A program made the position numbers and the translations under genes. DNA of 64,000 nt from Rebecca billardiae RCC1528 (taxonomy: Eukaryota > Protista > Haptophyta): NCBI GenBank assembly GCA_965240325.2, contig OZ251229.1, positions 2,356,001 to 2,420,000 on the forward strand. The letters run 5' to 3'. Positions within the stretch are counted from its first letter, which is position 1, and each line of letters opens with the position of its first letter. A model generated the notes under the pieces. It was not told where the DNA came from. It saw nothing but the letters and a program-made list of their open reading frames with translations, and ran no database searches. Below are positions 1 to 11,798 of this stretch, piece by piece.

Positions 1-252
1 GCTCAGCCCGTGCCGCTGGCTCGGGCCGCCGCAGCCGTCTTCGAGGCCGACGCGGCGGAGGAGGCGGCGGGCGAGCACGGCGGCGCGGTGGAGCAGGCGC
101 GCACGCGCGGCGGCAGGCGCGACGCGCCGCTCGCCTCGTTCCACCCCGAGCTCCGCTCGGTCTCGGTGTGCGGCTGCCGGCAGCGCAGGCCGGGGCAGCA
201 CTGCGCGGCGCGCGCTCTCGCTCCGTCTGCCGGCACGAGGTGCGCCGGCTGA
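1..252 (+). CDS. possible 3' end of an unidentified ORF (truncated by window edge)
   Basis: Frame 1 is open from base 1 to TGA at 250-252 with coding-like codon usage; no recognisable motif. Confidence 0.25.
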   Translation, partial: AQPVPLARAAAAVFEADAAEEAAGEHGGAVEQARTRGGRRDAPLASFHPELRSVSVCGCRQRRPGQHCAARALAPSAGTRCAG

Positions 253-525
253 GTGAGCGACCAGCGGCCCGTCGTCGAGCGCATGGCGCCGCGCGAGCAC
301 GTCAAGCAGACTGTGCGCCCGCACGCGCGCACGCGCTGGCCCGCGCCGCGCGGCGCCTATCGCCCTGCCTGCGCGCGCGCGCCGCCCCGCGGCGGCCGCT
401 TCCCCGCGCGGCGGCCCGCCGGCGACAGTCCTCGGCCCGCCGGCCCGGTGGGCGGTAACTGAGTTGTGGCGGTGGCAGCTCCGAGGCAAACGAACTGTTA
501 CACATGTCCGACTGAGACAGCAGCC

Positions 526-590
526 GACGGAGGGTGCACCGCGGGCCCCTAACTGCGTTGGTTCTACGGAAGGACCGCGGAACGCGGTCA
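526..590 (+). mobile_element. 3' end of Helitron2/Helentron-like element (copy C)
   Basis: TGCACCGCGGGCC (535-547), then ~25 bp, then hairpin GACCGCG-GAA-CGCGGTC (573-589); same terminus as at 3117-3173 (+) and 29275-29338 (-). Confidence 0.6.
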
Positions 591-798
591 TATAATAATA
601 ATTTAATATGCCCCTCGCTCCACCCTAGGTGGGACAGGGGGTGCGGGGTGTGACGAGCCCAGGGGCCAGGTTCCCCAGCATCAAGCACTGCATCTGCAGC
701 AGCCCGCCGGCGGGCCGGGCTGCGACATCGACTACCACCTCATCTGCTTCATCGCCCAGAGCGCGCTAGGCGGCGCCCTCACTCTCCGAGCCCCTCTT

Positions 799-1190
799 CT
801 GCAGCTGCGCGCCGCTTGGCCGGCGCGCGGCGACGCGTACTACGACCTCATCCTCATCCAGCCTTTCCAGGCGCCCACGCGGGCGCACGGGGGCGACAGC
901 CGCGGCTGCCGCTTGCCGGAGCTGCTCGCCGCTAGGTCGGCGGGCGGCGACATCGACTACGACCTCACCCTCATCCAAGTGCTCCGGAAGGCGCTCGGCC
1001 GCGGCGGCATCTGCCGTCGCCGCCGCGTGCCCCAGGCCGAGGCGGTGCTCCACCCCGGCCCCGCTCCCGTAGGGGGGCAGGGCTGCGGGTGGCGCACTGT
1101 CTGACCTGGACGGAAGGCGCGGACGCATTTTATGTGTCTGTTGCACTCTGAGCCTGACGCTTGTCCGATGCTGCCACGTCGTTAAATATA
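799..1190 (+). repeat. dispersed ~390-bp SINE-like repeat (copy 1)
   Basis: Highly similar to 6166-6589; has an internal duplicated unit (GCGGCGACGCGTACTACGACCTCATCCTCATCCA / GCGGCGACATCGACTACGACCTCACCCTCATCCA); ends GCCACGTCGTTAAATAT followed by an AT-rich tail. Confidence 0.75.
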
Positions 1191-1386
1191 TTATTACTAG
1201 CGCCGCCTACTACTTGATTATTCAATATCGGTCGTATAAAGCGCTGCGTCAGCCCGAGGCCGGGCCGAGGCGGGCCGAGCCACCGAGCCGTGGCGCGTCC
1301 TGACGCGGTGCCCGGACGGCAGTCTGAACAGCCGCCGGTCCGAGGCCGAACACGGAACAGCTCAGATAGATAGATAGATCTAGTTA

Positions 1387-3175
1387 TGGCCCGCGGTGCA
1401 GGGCGGAACGCGCAGCGTGGAGCCCGCTCCGTGGGCCCTAACCACGTTTCAAAAAGATCTTTGATCAAGAAAAAAGGGACGGGGGACGATTTTCAAGGCT
1501 GGAAGAGACCGAGTTTCGAATTTTGAGACCGCAAAGAGACATCGATTAGCGAGAAATGGACGCGCCCACGACTTCAGATAAGCAAAGCGGGAGTGACGCC
1601 CGTCCATAAACTTCACGCCCTTTAGGATCCCTAACGTAACGAACCGTTACACGCGATTTTTTCCAGCCAATGAGATTGCCGCAAGGTCAAGGAGCGACGA
1701 CGACGTATCTAGATAGCCAAGCCGGCACAGCATTACTTGTGTGCTGGGCTGCCGCTTTGGGGGTTCTGATCAATCACCCAGGGCCCGGTCTGGTCATAAA
1801 TGAGCCCGCCGTTTATGACGACCCATTCATGTACATGTATGAACAATGGGTCATTAGACCGCGTCGTATCTTAAAAAACCGCTTCATCACGTTGGACCGC
1901 GTCGTATCAATGCTCGTAAATGAAATTCTATTCTACCGCTTCACGTAGTAACCCTGATGATGATCATAGATTATGGAAGATGCTCGCGTCGAGTCGTCGC
2001 GGCGCCCCCCGTCACACGCGCAAAACAACAGAGCAGTGGGCCCGATCGCACGTGGGGGGCGATGGCAAGCAGCACCTCGACCGGCGACGCCGACCAGGAC
2101 TACGTTCGCCGCGTATTGAACGCGCTGCTCGACTCGAGGACGGTGACGCGGGTGAACAACACCACGTTCCAGAGCACCGCTGCCGCCATCTCCGTCGCCA
2201 GGCACAAGCAGACCATCCCCGGCGCCGCGAGCGAGTACGGCGTGTCAACAAAAGCGATCAAGAAGCTCCTTGGCCAGGTCCGCGAGGTGCTGGCGGCGGA
2301 GGGCGCACTCGGCAGCGGTGGCGCTGCGCGGTTGATCACCGACTTCACCACGCGCCCCGCAGGCCAGCTCCCTCCCTCCTCCTCACCCGGCCCAAAAGCT
2401 GGCAGCCGCTTCGAGGCACTCGCCGCGCTCGACGGGGAAATGCCCGCTGCAGAGCAAGCACAACCACAGCGGGGGCGCCCGGCCGGCTCGCTCAGCCTGC
2501 TGGGCACGCTCAACCTAGGCGTCACGTGCTACCTCGGCTCGCTGCTGGCTGCGCTGCTCGCGTGCCCTTGCATCGTCTCGCTCGCCACATCTGCCGCGGC
2601 GGAGCAGTGCACCAACCCCATCGTGTCCAGCATGCGCTCGCTGGCGCTCGCGCATGTCAACTGCGAGTGGCCCAGCGAGGTGGGGCCGACGCGTAGCTTG
2701 CTCGAGCCGCTCCACGACGCGATCGCGGAGGTCTGTCGGTGGACAACGGCGTTTGGGCAGCAGCAGCAGGACGCGTGCGAGGTGCTGTACAAAATCATGG
2801 AGGCCCTCGGGCTGGCTGCGACGAGGCGTGCTCGTACCTTGGCTTGCTCGAGTGCCTCGGTCAGTTGGCGAGCGAGCAGCCCTCGCAGCAGCAGCGCGTG
2901 CCGACGCCGACAATCTCGCAGCAGCAGCGCGTGCCGACGATCTCAGTCGGCCATGACTTCGACTGTACACAATCGGCGCCGCGCCGGCGGCTGCGATGGG
3001 CCCGCCCGGCCGCGCGGCGGGCGGCGGCGCGCCGCTGGAGTCTACTCGCTGCCGGGCTCGTGGCCGGGCGGGCCCACTCTCAATCGCGACGGAGGGTGCG
3101 ACGGAGGGTGCACCGCCACCGCGGGCCCCGAACTACGTTCGTTCTACGGAAAAGGACCGCGGAACGCGGTCCTAT
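1387..3175 (+). mobile_element. non-autonomous Helitron2/Helentron-like element (copy A)
   Basis: 5' T-GGCCCGCGGTG (1388-1398); subterminal inverted copy CACCGCGGGCC (3117-3127); terminal hairpin AGGACCGCG-GAA-CGCGGTCCT (3153-3173). The first ~130 bp and the 3' end are shared with 29275-30363 (-). Confidence 0.65.
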
Positions 3176-3177
3176 AG
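2062..3177 (+). pseudogene. truncated ORF: HTH-like motif plus N-terminal half of a USP (peptidase C19) domain
   Basis: AISVARHKQTIPGAASEYGVSTKAI is HTH_psq-like; GTLNLGVTCYLGSLLAALLACP is Cys-box-like; FGQQQQDACEVLYKIMEAL is QQDAxE-box-like. No His box; the sequence degenerates after ~2830. Confidence 0.6.
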
Positions 3178-3445
3178 ATATGATGTAGATATGTATACGT
3201 ACAAGTGCGTAGACTACTACTGATATATGCGATGAGTAAGAGCCTCGCACGCCACCGCGGCTCCGACGGACACATCGCGCGGCGCACGTCACGACCCGCG
3301 TCGTCGGGGTCGTCGTCGCCGTAATCGCGTCAAGGACAACTTGGGCGCCGTCCGCATCTCGACGACGCTGTGCCAGCGGCGCACTCCGAGGATGGATGCG
3401 CCGCCACGCCGCGGGCGGTGTCACTCCGCCTCCGGACGTGCGCGC

Positions 3446-5479
3446 TCACGACGCCGCGTCCATCCGGCGGCGTGCGACCTCTTCGGACGCCTCGTTGAAG
3501 TGCATGTCGAAGCGCGCCTTGTACGCCGCGCGGCCGGTCGCCGACGTGCCCCACGACTTGAACTTGTCCCACTGGCGCGCATCGTCGACCCAGTGCGAGC
3601 GCGGCCGCGCCTTCGCGCGTCGGCCGACACCGACGGGCGTGGGCGCGGGCGGCGCCCGGCTGCCCGCGTGCGAGATCCCGGCGCGCGCCGCCGAGTCGTT
3701 GACGTGCGTCGCAATGTCGGGCAGCTCGGGCATGGGCGGCGGGCGCCCCTGCCCCTTGCGCGGGCGCGAGCCGGGCGGCGGCGGCGCCGTGGCCGCCTTG
3801 CGCGCCGAGCGCACGGCCATGTCGAAGAGCGAGGCGCGCTCCACGGGGGTCGAGAAGCCGTCCTGGCAGATGTAGTAGTTGGCGCGCACGCGCGCGTTTG
3901 TCGCGCCCGGCGGCCGCACCTGCGGCACCGCGCGCGGCCGCTCGCCGATCGGCGGCGCGTTGGGCGGGCGGACGGCGTGCGCGTTCACCATCCGCTTCAC
4001 GAGCGCGCGCTTGTACCCGCGCCACTGCCGCCCGTCGATCAGGCTCGCGATGATCTCCGAGTCGGTCACGTACCTCGACGCGTTCGCGCGGAAGAGCGCC
4101 TCGATCTCGGCGTCGGCCGTGTTCCGAAAGTCGATGGTGTGGATCGAGAAGAGCTTCATGTCGGTGCACGAGACGATGGAGGCGAGCGAGCGGCCGCCGA
4201 CGTGCTCGGAGAGGATCGCGAGCTCGCCGAAGAAGTCGCGCGGGCCGAGGCGGCGCAGCTCGAGCGTGCGCCCCGGCACGGAGAGCGGGTCGGTGTCGGC
4301 GCGCGCCGCTTTCTCCAGGATCCGCTCGGCCGACTGGTCCGCCTGCGCGTCGTCGCCCGGCTCGATCACGCCCGCCGAGATGGCGATCATCCTGTCGTCG
4401 CCCTGCGCGCGCGTGAGCCGGATGGAGTGGTCCTCCGGCACGAGCACGCCCATGTGCGAGGTCGCCTCCGCGCGCATCTCCGCCTCGCGGAACGCGCTCT
4501 CCGGCACGTGCCGCAGCACGCGCGCCTCGCCCGACAGCACAAAGTAGAGCTTGGTGGGCAGCTCGCCCTGCTTGATGAGCACGCTGTCCTTGTGCACCTT
4601 CTCGAGCTGCAGCTTCTCGACGAACGGGCGGAGCGACTTGCGGTCCAGCCCGCGGAGGAGCGGGATCGAGGTGAGGAAGTCCACCTTCTGCCGGAACTGC
4701 TCGTCGAAGGACGAGGCCATCACCGCCGAGAAGGCCGTCTTGGTCACGACGATCACGCTCGCCGGCTCGAGCGCGCGCACCTAAGGCCGCGCGCGGCGCA
4801 AAGGGGGGGGCGGGGGCGGCGGCGCCGAGCGCGGTCAGGCGGGGTGCGCGGACGCCGCGGCCACGCGCGCCACCGCGCGTGCGGGCGGCCGCCTGCGCGC
4901 GCGCACCTCGAGCGGCTTGTGCGCGCGCTCGTCGCGGCGGCCGGCCGCGGCCGCAAAGCTCGCCCACGCCTGCCCCGGGTAGAGATGGCCTGCGACGCGC
5001 CGCCCGTACTGCAGCGCGAGCACGCCCTCGAGGACGATGTAGAAGTGCTCGTCCTCCTCCGGCTCCGTGTGCGTCGTCGGCAGGCGCGCCGACGCGCGCG
5101 CCGTGTACGACGCCGTCAGGCCCGTGTCTGGCAGCGCCTCGCGCGCGGCGGCGGCGATGATGATGAGCTCCGACTTGACAAATGACTCGCGCACGATGCA
5201 GCCGGCGATCGCGAAGCTCGAGATGTCGCTGAGCCGGCTGAACCACTCGAACGCGTTCAGTATGTGCAGCAGCTGGTACTGGTCCGACTCCTTGCGCGTC
5301 GTCGGGTCGGTCGACGTGAGCTTCTTGGCATCCGCGATCTCGGACGCTTGGCCCGGCCACTTGCTCACGGCGAATGTGCGCTCGGTGGCGACCGCGTCGC
5401 GCTCCACGGCGGGGAGCTCATTCACCACCGCGCGCTTGAGCTTGTGCCATTCGGACTCGGTCGTGTCGCCGATCACCAT
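3446..5479 (-). CDS. protein with two cyclic-nucleotide-binding domains (intron 4781-4906; start uncertain)
   Basis: HFYIVLEGVL..GHLYPGQAW..VRALEPASVIVV, and LIKQGELPTKLYFVLSGEARV..LGPRDFFGELAIL..RSLASIVS. A GT..AG intron joins the two ORFs in frame. Confidence 0.8.
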
Positions 5480-5729
5480 CGCACCTGCTTCGCGGGGCTC
5501 GACCCCCACCTAAGCAGCCACCATGGGATGGGCCTCGACTTGGATCGATCCAGACGTTACTTCGAGCGCGCCGCCGCCGGCGGCGGCGGCGGCGGCGTCC
5601 AGTGGTGGGCTGGTGGCCTGGATTCCTTTCAATGGGTGGGCCCTAGAAAGTTTTCAATAAAGTTTTCCCGCCTGATGAGCTTACGCGCGCCGGGCGGCAG
5701 CGGCGGCGAGTGCTCCGCCGGCGCGGCGC

Positions 5730-6145
5730 GCCGGCGCTGCGGGCGCGGATGTGCCCGCAGAGCCAGCGCGTGCGGACGGCCTGTTCCGGGAGAGCATCTG
5801 CCGCCCTCCTGCCCCGCGCACCTTGTGCGAAGCCTCTTTTCGCCGCGGCTCAGGGCAGTGCGCACCGGGCGCGCGCCGCCCTCGAGGCCAGCCCTGCCGC
5901 CGTGCGCAGCGTGGTTGGGAAGGAACGGGCGCTACGTGCCGGGCGAGATGGTGATGCCGTAGTCGCACGCCATGCCGCCCAGTGAACGCCTTGACGAGCG
6001 TGTCGTCGGCCCGTTTGCATGCCTCCTCCGACTTCTCACAAATGCCTTGTGCACCGAGCCTCGCGCGGAGTGACCCTTGTCCGTTGTCGGGACGACGAGA
6101 CGATCACCGAGACACAGAACAGTGCGGGCTACTCTTGCATGAATG
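5730..6145 (+). repeat. dispersed repeat homologous to an internal arm of the 58107-59624 element
   Basis: Aligns with the reverse complement of 58835-59265 and in part with 58400-58670. Confidence 0.75.
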
Positions 6146-6165
6146 TATATATATATATATATATT

Positions 6166-6589
6166 GCAGCTGCGCGCCGCTTGGCCGGCGCGCGGCGACG
6201 CGTAGTACGACCTCATCCTCATCCAGGCGCCCACGCGGGCGCCCCGGGGCGACAGCTGCGGCTGTCGCCTCCCGCAGCTGCTCGCCGCTAGGTCGGCGGG
6301 CGGCGACATCGACAACGACCTCACCCTCATCCAAGTGCTCCGGAAGGCGCTCGGCCGCGGCGGCATCTGCCGTCGCCGCCACGTGCCCAAGGCCGAGGCG
6401 GTGCTCCATCCCGGGCCCCGCTCCGCGCCATAGGTGATAGGGGGGTCCCAGGGCTGTGCCGTGTGCGGATGGCGGCACAGTGGCGCACTGCCTGACGGCT
6501 GACCTGGTCGCGGAAGTGGAAGGCGCGGACGCGTTCTATGTGTCTGCTGCTGCACTTAGCCTGACGCCTGCCCGTTGCATACCACGTCG
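6166..6589 (+). repeat. dispersed SINE-like repeat (copy 2)
   Basis: Similar to 799-1190; preceded by (TA)n and followed by (GA)n. Confidence 0.75.
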
Positions 6590-6599
6590 TGAGAGAGAG

Positions 6600-6636
<37 letters not shown>

Positions 6637-6717
6637 GAGAGAGAGAGAGAGAGCTAGACTGCCTAGAGACTCTTGAGTAGAGAGAGAGAGAGAGAGCTAC
6701 TAGAGAGAGAGAGATCT

Positions 6718-6809
<92 letters not shown>

Positions 6810-6820
6810 AGAGAGAGAGG
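6590..6820. repeat. (GA)n microsatellite
   Basis: Directly visible, interrupted. Confidence 0.95.
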
Positions 6821-7003
6821 TATGTATGTGTATGTATGTATATCCCTGTACAGTCGTGCAGAAGTAGTGGGGGCTGGCCAGGGTAGGGCTGGAGGCTTCG
6901 GCCGCCAGCCTGATCACCCGGAGCCCGTTATTTATCAATAAGGGGAATTTATTAGTGCGGAACGCCGGGAACGCGACGCTTCGTCCTCGCGCTAATCCGA
7001 TTA

Positions 7004-7511
7004 CAGGCAATCGCGGGCAATAAGAAGTCAGAGATCTCACGGCTAGCCTCGGTTTCTTAGCCGTTCGGTAGCCCGAGCGCCTACGGAGTCTCAGTTTCTT
7101 AGCTAGGTCCGCCCGCCGCGCAGGCGCGGGGGGCGCAGGGGGGCAGAGCCCCCCGCTGACTCTTTAGGCCCGGCCGGCGAGGCCGACGAAAATTTTGGGT
7201 CTTTTTGGAGCAAATCTGGCATGATGTTGCATGGATGCTGCGGTGCACTGGCCAGGAGTCAGTCATCAGGAGAAGTCAGGGACTTGGCCTGTACTCGTAG
7301 TCGGGCCGCGCGCCGCGTCCCCGACGGCCCGACTGCGCCTCGCCCCTCGGCGGACCACTCGTCAGCCGGGACGACGTAGTCCCGGTTTCTTAGTGTGACT
7401 ATGCGTATAGCGAACCAGCCAATCGCTAGCCTCAGTTTCTAGGCCAGATCCGCAGATAGCAAGCCCCAGTTTCTTAACGTGACAGCTCCTAGTATTGCCC
7501 GCGATTGCCTG
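7004..7511. mobile_element. MITE, Tc1/mariner-type (TA target-site duplication)
   Basis: 19-bp perfect TIRs CAGGCAATCGCGGGCAATA (7004-7022 / 7493-7511) flanked by TA on both sides; five internal C(A/G)GTTTCT(T)A motifs. Confidence 0.85.
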
Positions 7512-7919
7512 TACTGTACTGTAATCCTCTAGTCATATCATCTTCTGAGTCGAGCACGTTGTCAGCCTCAGGGACAGCCTGGGCGGCTCGGGACTGCGGT
7601 CTGTCTCACTGTCTGAGACTGAGTGTCTGTCACACTGCGGGTTATTAATGGAATTCCGATCGGTTCTGAGTTTACTATGAGTAAATCAGAAGAGACGCAC
7701 ACAGCTCAGGCAGGCGTGAGATTGACGCCCGCCAACTGTCACCGCCCATGTCAAAGCCGTCGCCGATGGTAGCGCCGTCGGATGATTCGTTCAGCCGTCC
7801 GCCTGCGAGGCCTGGATGAGCGGGCCGCGGCCGCCTCGCGAGTCGCGGCCGGCAGCCAGCGCCCGCCGTCTACTCAAAAATGCCGCACAATTAAACACTG
7901 TTCAACTCACGTGATGGAT

Positions 7920-8060
7920 GAGCACTCGTCAACAGCTGTGCGGATCCGTTATCGTGCCCTGTCGTAGCGTCGTGGGGCGGGCGGGCGGCATGGCGTGCGC
8001 CTATGACGTCGCCATCTTCGCGCGGCACCCGTTCCTTCCCGACCACGCGCGTGCGCACGC
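7920..8060 (-). repeat. repeat homologous to the left internal arm of the 58107-59624 element
   Basis: Reverse complement matches 58600-58723 (AGGGCACGATAACGGATCCGCACAGCTGTTGACGAGTGCT). Confidence 0.7.
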
Positions 8061-8611
8061 GCGAGGTCGGTTGCGAGCGGCAAGATTCTGATATGTTATC
8101 AATAACCAATAAATTCGGACGAAATTTACCGGCCGACAGCTGACCCAACTACCCCTATCCGAGCCTAAACAGCTCTTGAACAGGTATAATCAAGCATGAT
8201 GAGCAAGTCGGATTCGCACGACGCCAACCTGCCGCCTGGTGTTCATTAGCGTCGTCTAATACGCGTCGTTTTTCCAAAAGGATCTAAGTAAATGCATATG
8301 AGAGTAATTAGTGTTTGATACGACGCGAGGGGCCGAGGTTATGTCGAATGCCCGTTCAGATGATATATCTGAACCTCCAGAATATGGCGAGATATCGACA
8401 TCTCCTCATAATCTCTCTGAACATCTAGAACGCGGTACTACTGATTACTATGACCAAATTCCTTGATGAAGATTAACCAAGATTCCCCGCGCAACCAAGG
8501 GTTGCCGTTCGTCAATGGCTGGTTAGGAGTCGGAGCCACGTCGAACCACGGCGCGCGGGGCTTTTTTGCCTTTTCCGAACAGGAGCACTGGTTGCGAAGG
8601 CGGGGTGCCAC

Positions 8612-11600
8612 ATGCGCGGCTTCTGCGCGCGCCAGTGGTGCTTCGGCTACATCGCGCCGTCGACGGCCGCTCGGCGCCACGTCGAGGGCGTGCGCGATGC
8701 ACGGCACGACATCTCGCTCCTCACCTCGCGCTTCCGCGCTGCGGACGTGAACGCGCGGTACGAGCGCTCGGTCGGCGTGACGAGCTGCTGCCTCTACAAG
8801 AGTCTGCACCTCGCGTTCCTCCTCGTGCCGGCTGCGCTCGTCGTCGGGCAATCGATGCAGCACGGTGTCAAGCCCGCCGTCTTGCTGTCGCACGCGGAGC
8901 GGGCGTTCGTCCTCGTCCACTTTGCGCTCTGGCTTGGGCGCGCTGCGGTCGCGGTCGCGCACCTGGCGGGTCGCGCGCCGCGCGCCGCGCTCGAGGGCGC
9001 GACGGTGCTGGAGGTGCTCGCGCGCATCATCGCGCAGGTGGGCGTGGCGATCCCGATCGCCCTCGCCTGGCACAACGACGGCCTCCTCATCACCTCGCAG
9101 CTCTCCGCCGCCGTCGCGACGCTCGAGGTCGCCGCGCTCACGCGGTACGAGCAGGCCCTCCCGGTCGCGGCGGCCGTGGTCGGGACGCAGCTGTACACGA
9201 TCGCGCGCGCGCCGGCGGGCGCGGCGGAGTACGGCCAGCCGGCCGTCATGCTCGTCGCGCTCGTCACGCTCCCCCTCTTCGTGCACATCGAGGTCGTCAA
9301 GCGCAGCGCGTGGCTGCAGGGCGAGCTGCTCACCTCTCTGAGGCAGGAGGTGTCGCACTTTGGTGCGCGGCCGCGCGCGCGCCGACACGTGGCGGCGGCG
9401 CCGCGGCGGGCGTCGTGCGCGCGCAGTGTGAGGCTGCGCCTGGCTGAGCGCGCCGCTGCCGCGCCGCCGCTGCCGCGCCGCCTCGCCCGCAGGCCTGAAC
9501 CACCTGTACCTCGCGTCGTCGGCCATCGAGCACACGCTGGAGACTGCGGACGGGGCGGCGGGTGGCGGCCGGACCGACGTGGCCGAGCCGCTCAAGGCGA
9601 TCGGTGAGATGGTCGAGGAGGTGACGAAGCTGCTGCAGATCATCGTCGACGACGAGCACCCCTCCGACCTCGTCCTCTCCGAGTTCAACCTCAACCAGTT
9701 CGCGGCGCTCGCCTTCCGCGGGAGCACGCACGAGCTCGACCCGAGCGCGGACGGGCAGAGCGCGCGCTTCGCCTCGTGGGCGGCGCGCTCCATCATCGCC
9801 GACGTGATCGCGGTGGCGCGGCGGCACGGCCGCGGCGCGGTGCGCGGCACGCTGGCGCTCAACACCGACGCGGGCGGCGGCGGCGGCGGCGGCGCGCCGT
9901 GCGAGCTCGTCATCACGGTGACGGCGGAGACGGCAGGCGTGGAGCACGTCGACCCGACGACGGCAACGCTCCTGCGGAAGGCGCGGCAGAGCTCACGGTA
10001 TGGGGGCGTCAGCCAGCCTGAGGATGGCTCGCCGCACTCGCCCTGCCGGAGCCAGCGCGTGAGCCTCGACGTGGAGGCGGGCGCGGTCGAGCTGGGCGCC
10101 TTCCCCGGCCCCTTGCACCCACCGCAGCGCGCGCGCGATTCCACGAGCGCTGCCGGCCCCGCGCCGCGCGGCAGCGCAGGCAGGCGGTTCCTCCCAGCCT
10201 TTGCCAGCAGCACGCCGCTCCGTGCGCTCGAGGGGGCGGTGCAGCTCGCGGAGCGCGCGGGCGGGCGGATCCTTTGCCTGCAGGACGACGCGTGCCTCAC
10301 CACCGTGTACACGCTGCACCTGCCCGCCGACCGCGTCAAGCTGCGCACGCCCTTCGCAGCGTCGGAGCGCCGGCCGGACGCGCGCACGCCCTCGCGCCTC
10401 TCGTCAGGCGGCATCTCCGAGCGCACCTCCGCAGCGCTCGACCCGCTCCGGCGTGGGCTGAGCACCGCGACGGGGGGCGCGCACGCGCTGTGGCAGTGGC
10501 AGCGGGGCCTCCGCTCGTCCGACGCCTCGCCCGTGCAGGCGGCGAGGCGGGGCAGCATGCTGGCCAAGGACCCGCCATCGCCCACGCGCAAGGCGCCCTC
10601 GACCGAGCCGATGCTATCCCGCTTCCGCAGCCGCGCCCTGAGCCAGGCGAGCGACGATTCGTTCAAGCTGACGGGCGGCGGGCATTGCTCGCCCATTGCG
10701 AGCACCGGCGTCTCGGTCTTCTCGAGTCTCGCCGAGCTCCCCGCCGTGGAACCCGCCATCGCCATCAACTTCCCGAGCGCTAGGCGTCGCGACGCGATCC
10801 CAGTCGAGGCCGCCTGCGCTCCGCCGGCGGGCGGCGGCGAGCCGACGAGTGCGGGCGGCGGCGAGCCGTCGAGTGGCCACCGCATCGAGGGCGAGGCTGC
10901 GCGCGCCGCACACCAGGCGCCGCCGGCGCCGTCCAGCCTGGAGCTCGATGGCGCTGCCGCAGCGCACGAGGGCGTCGGTGCGCGGAGCCCGCGCTTTCGC
11001 TTCCCCTCGCTCGGCGGGGCGGCGGTGCAGCCCGTGCTGGAAGCGGTCCGCCCGGCAGCGGGCAGCGAGCCGCACGCCGCGCCGGCGGCCGCGGGCGAGG
11101 GCGCGCAGACGCACGCGCACACGCTCCTCGACGTCGACAGCGCGTCACCCGCGTTGAGGCTGCGCGAGTGCACGCCCACCCCCGTGCTTCCCATCGCGCT
11201 GCCCGCACCCGCGCCCACGCCGCCTGCGCGGCTGCCGCTCGAGCTCGCGCCGATGCCCTCGAAGCACTGCGGCATCGAGCGGAGCCGCTTCCGCCCTCTG
11301 CGCGCGGACGAGCGAGCCGCGCGCATCCTGGTCGTGCTCGACAACAACCTCGACCCGCCGGCGTGGGACGGCTCGACCTCGGGCAAGCAGATCGCACGGC
11401 GGCTGCGCGAGATGCAGCTTCCGGGGCTGACGGTGGTGATGCACACGGGCTGCGCGCCGACCGAGCTCGCCGGGCTGCTCGCCTCGAGCGATGTCGACCA
11501 GGTGATCGCAAAGGACAAGGCGGGGCGCGAGCATGTGTGCAACCTGTGCGCGCAGCACGACCTCTGCCTCTTCGTGGACGACATGGCCACCGTGCTCTCG

Positions 11601-11798
11601 GCGATCGACCTCTCGCTCGCCAAGCTGCTGTACGGCAAGGTGCGCGCGGCCGAGCACGCCGGCGGCTGGGCAGCGACCGCGAACACGCACGTGCGGTACG
11701 CCATGTTCTCGCGGCAGGCGGAGCTCGATCTGCTCTACGCCGTGTGCGCGCGCGAGCTCGTCTTCGACGACAACCTTCTGCTGTGGCACAGCAAGTGA
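8612..11798 (+). CDS. multi-pass membrane, divergent hybrid histidine-kinase-like protein with atypical receiver domain (intron 9363-9492)
   Basis: Several hydrophobic helices. Splicing yields LRQEVSHFGLNHLYLASSAIE, a degenerate H-box. A degenerate HATPase-like region follows, then C-terminal receiver motifs VVLDNNL, SGKQIARRLRE, VVMHTG, VDQVIAK and LFVDD. Confidence 0.65.

Noticed and set aside
799-1104. YDLILIQ / YDLTLIQ as receiver-domain remnants
   Set aside because: They lack the phospho-Asp and other receiver motifs and lie within a dispersed repeat with frameshifts.
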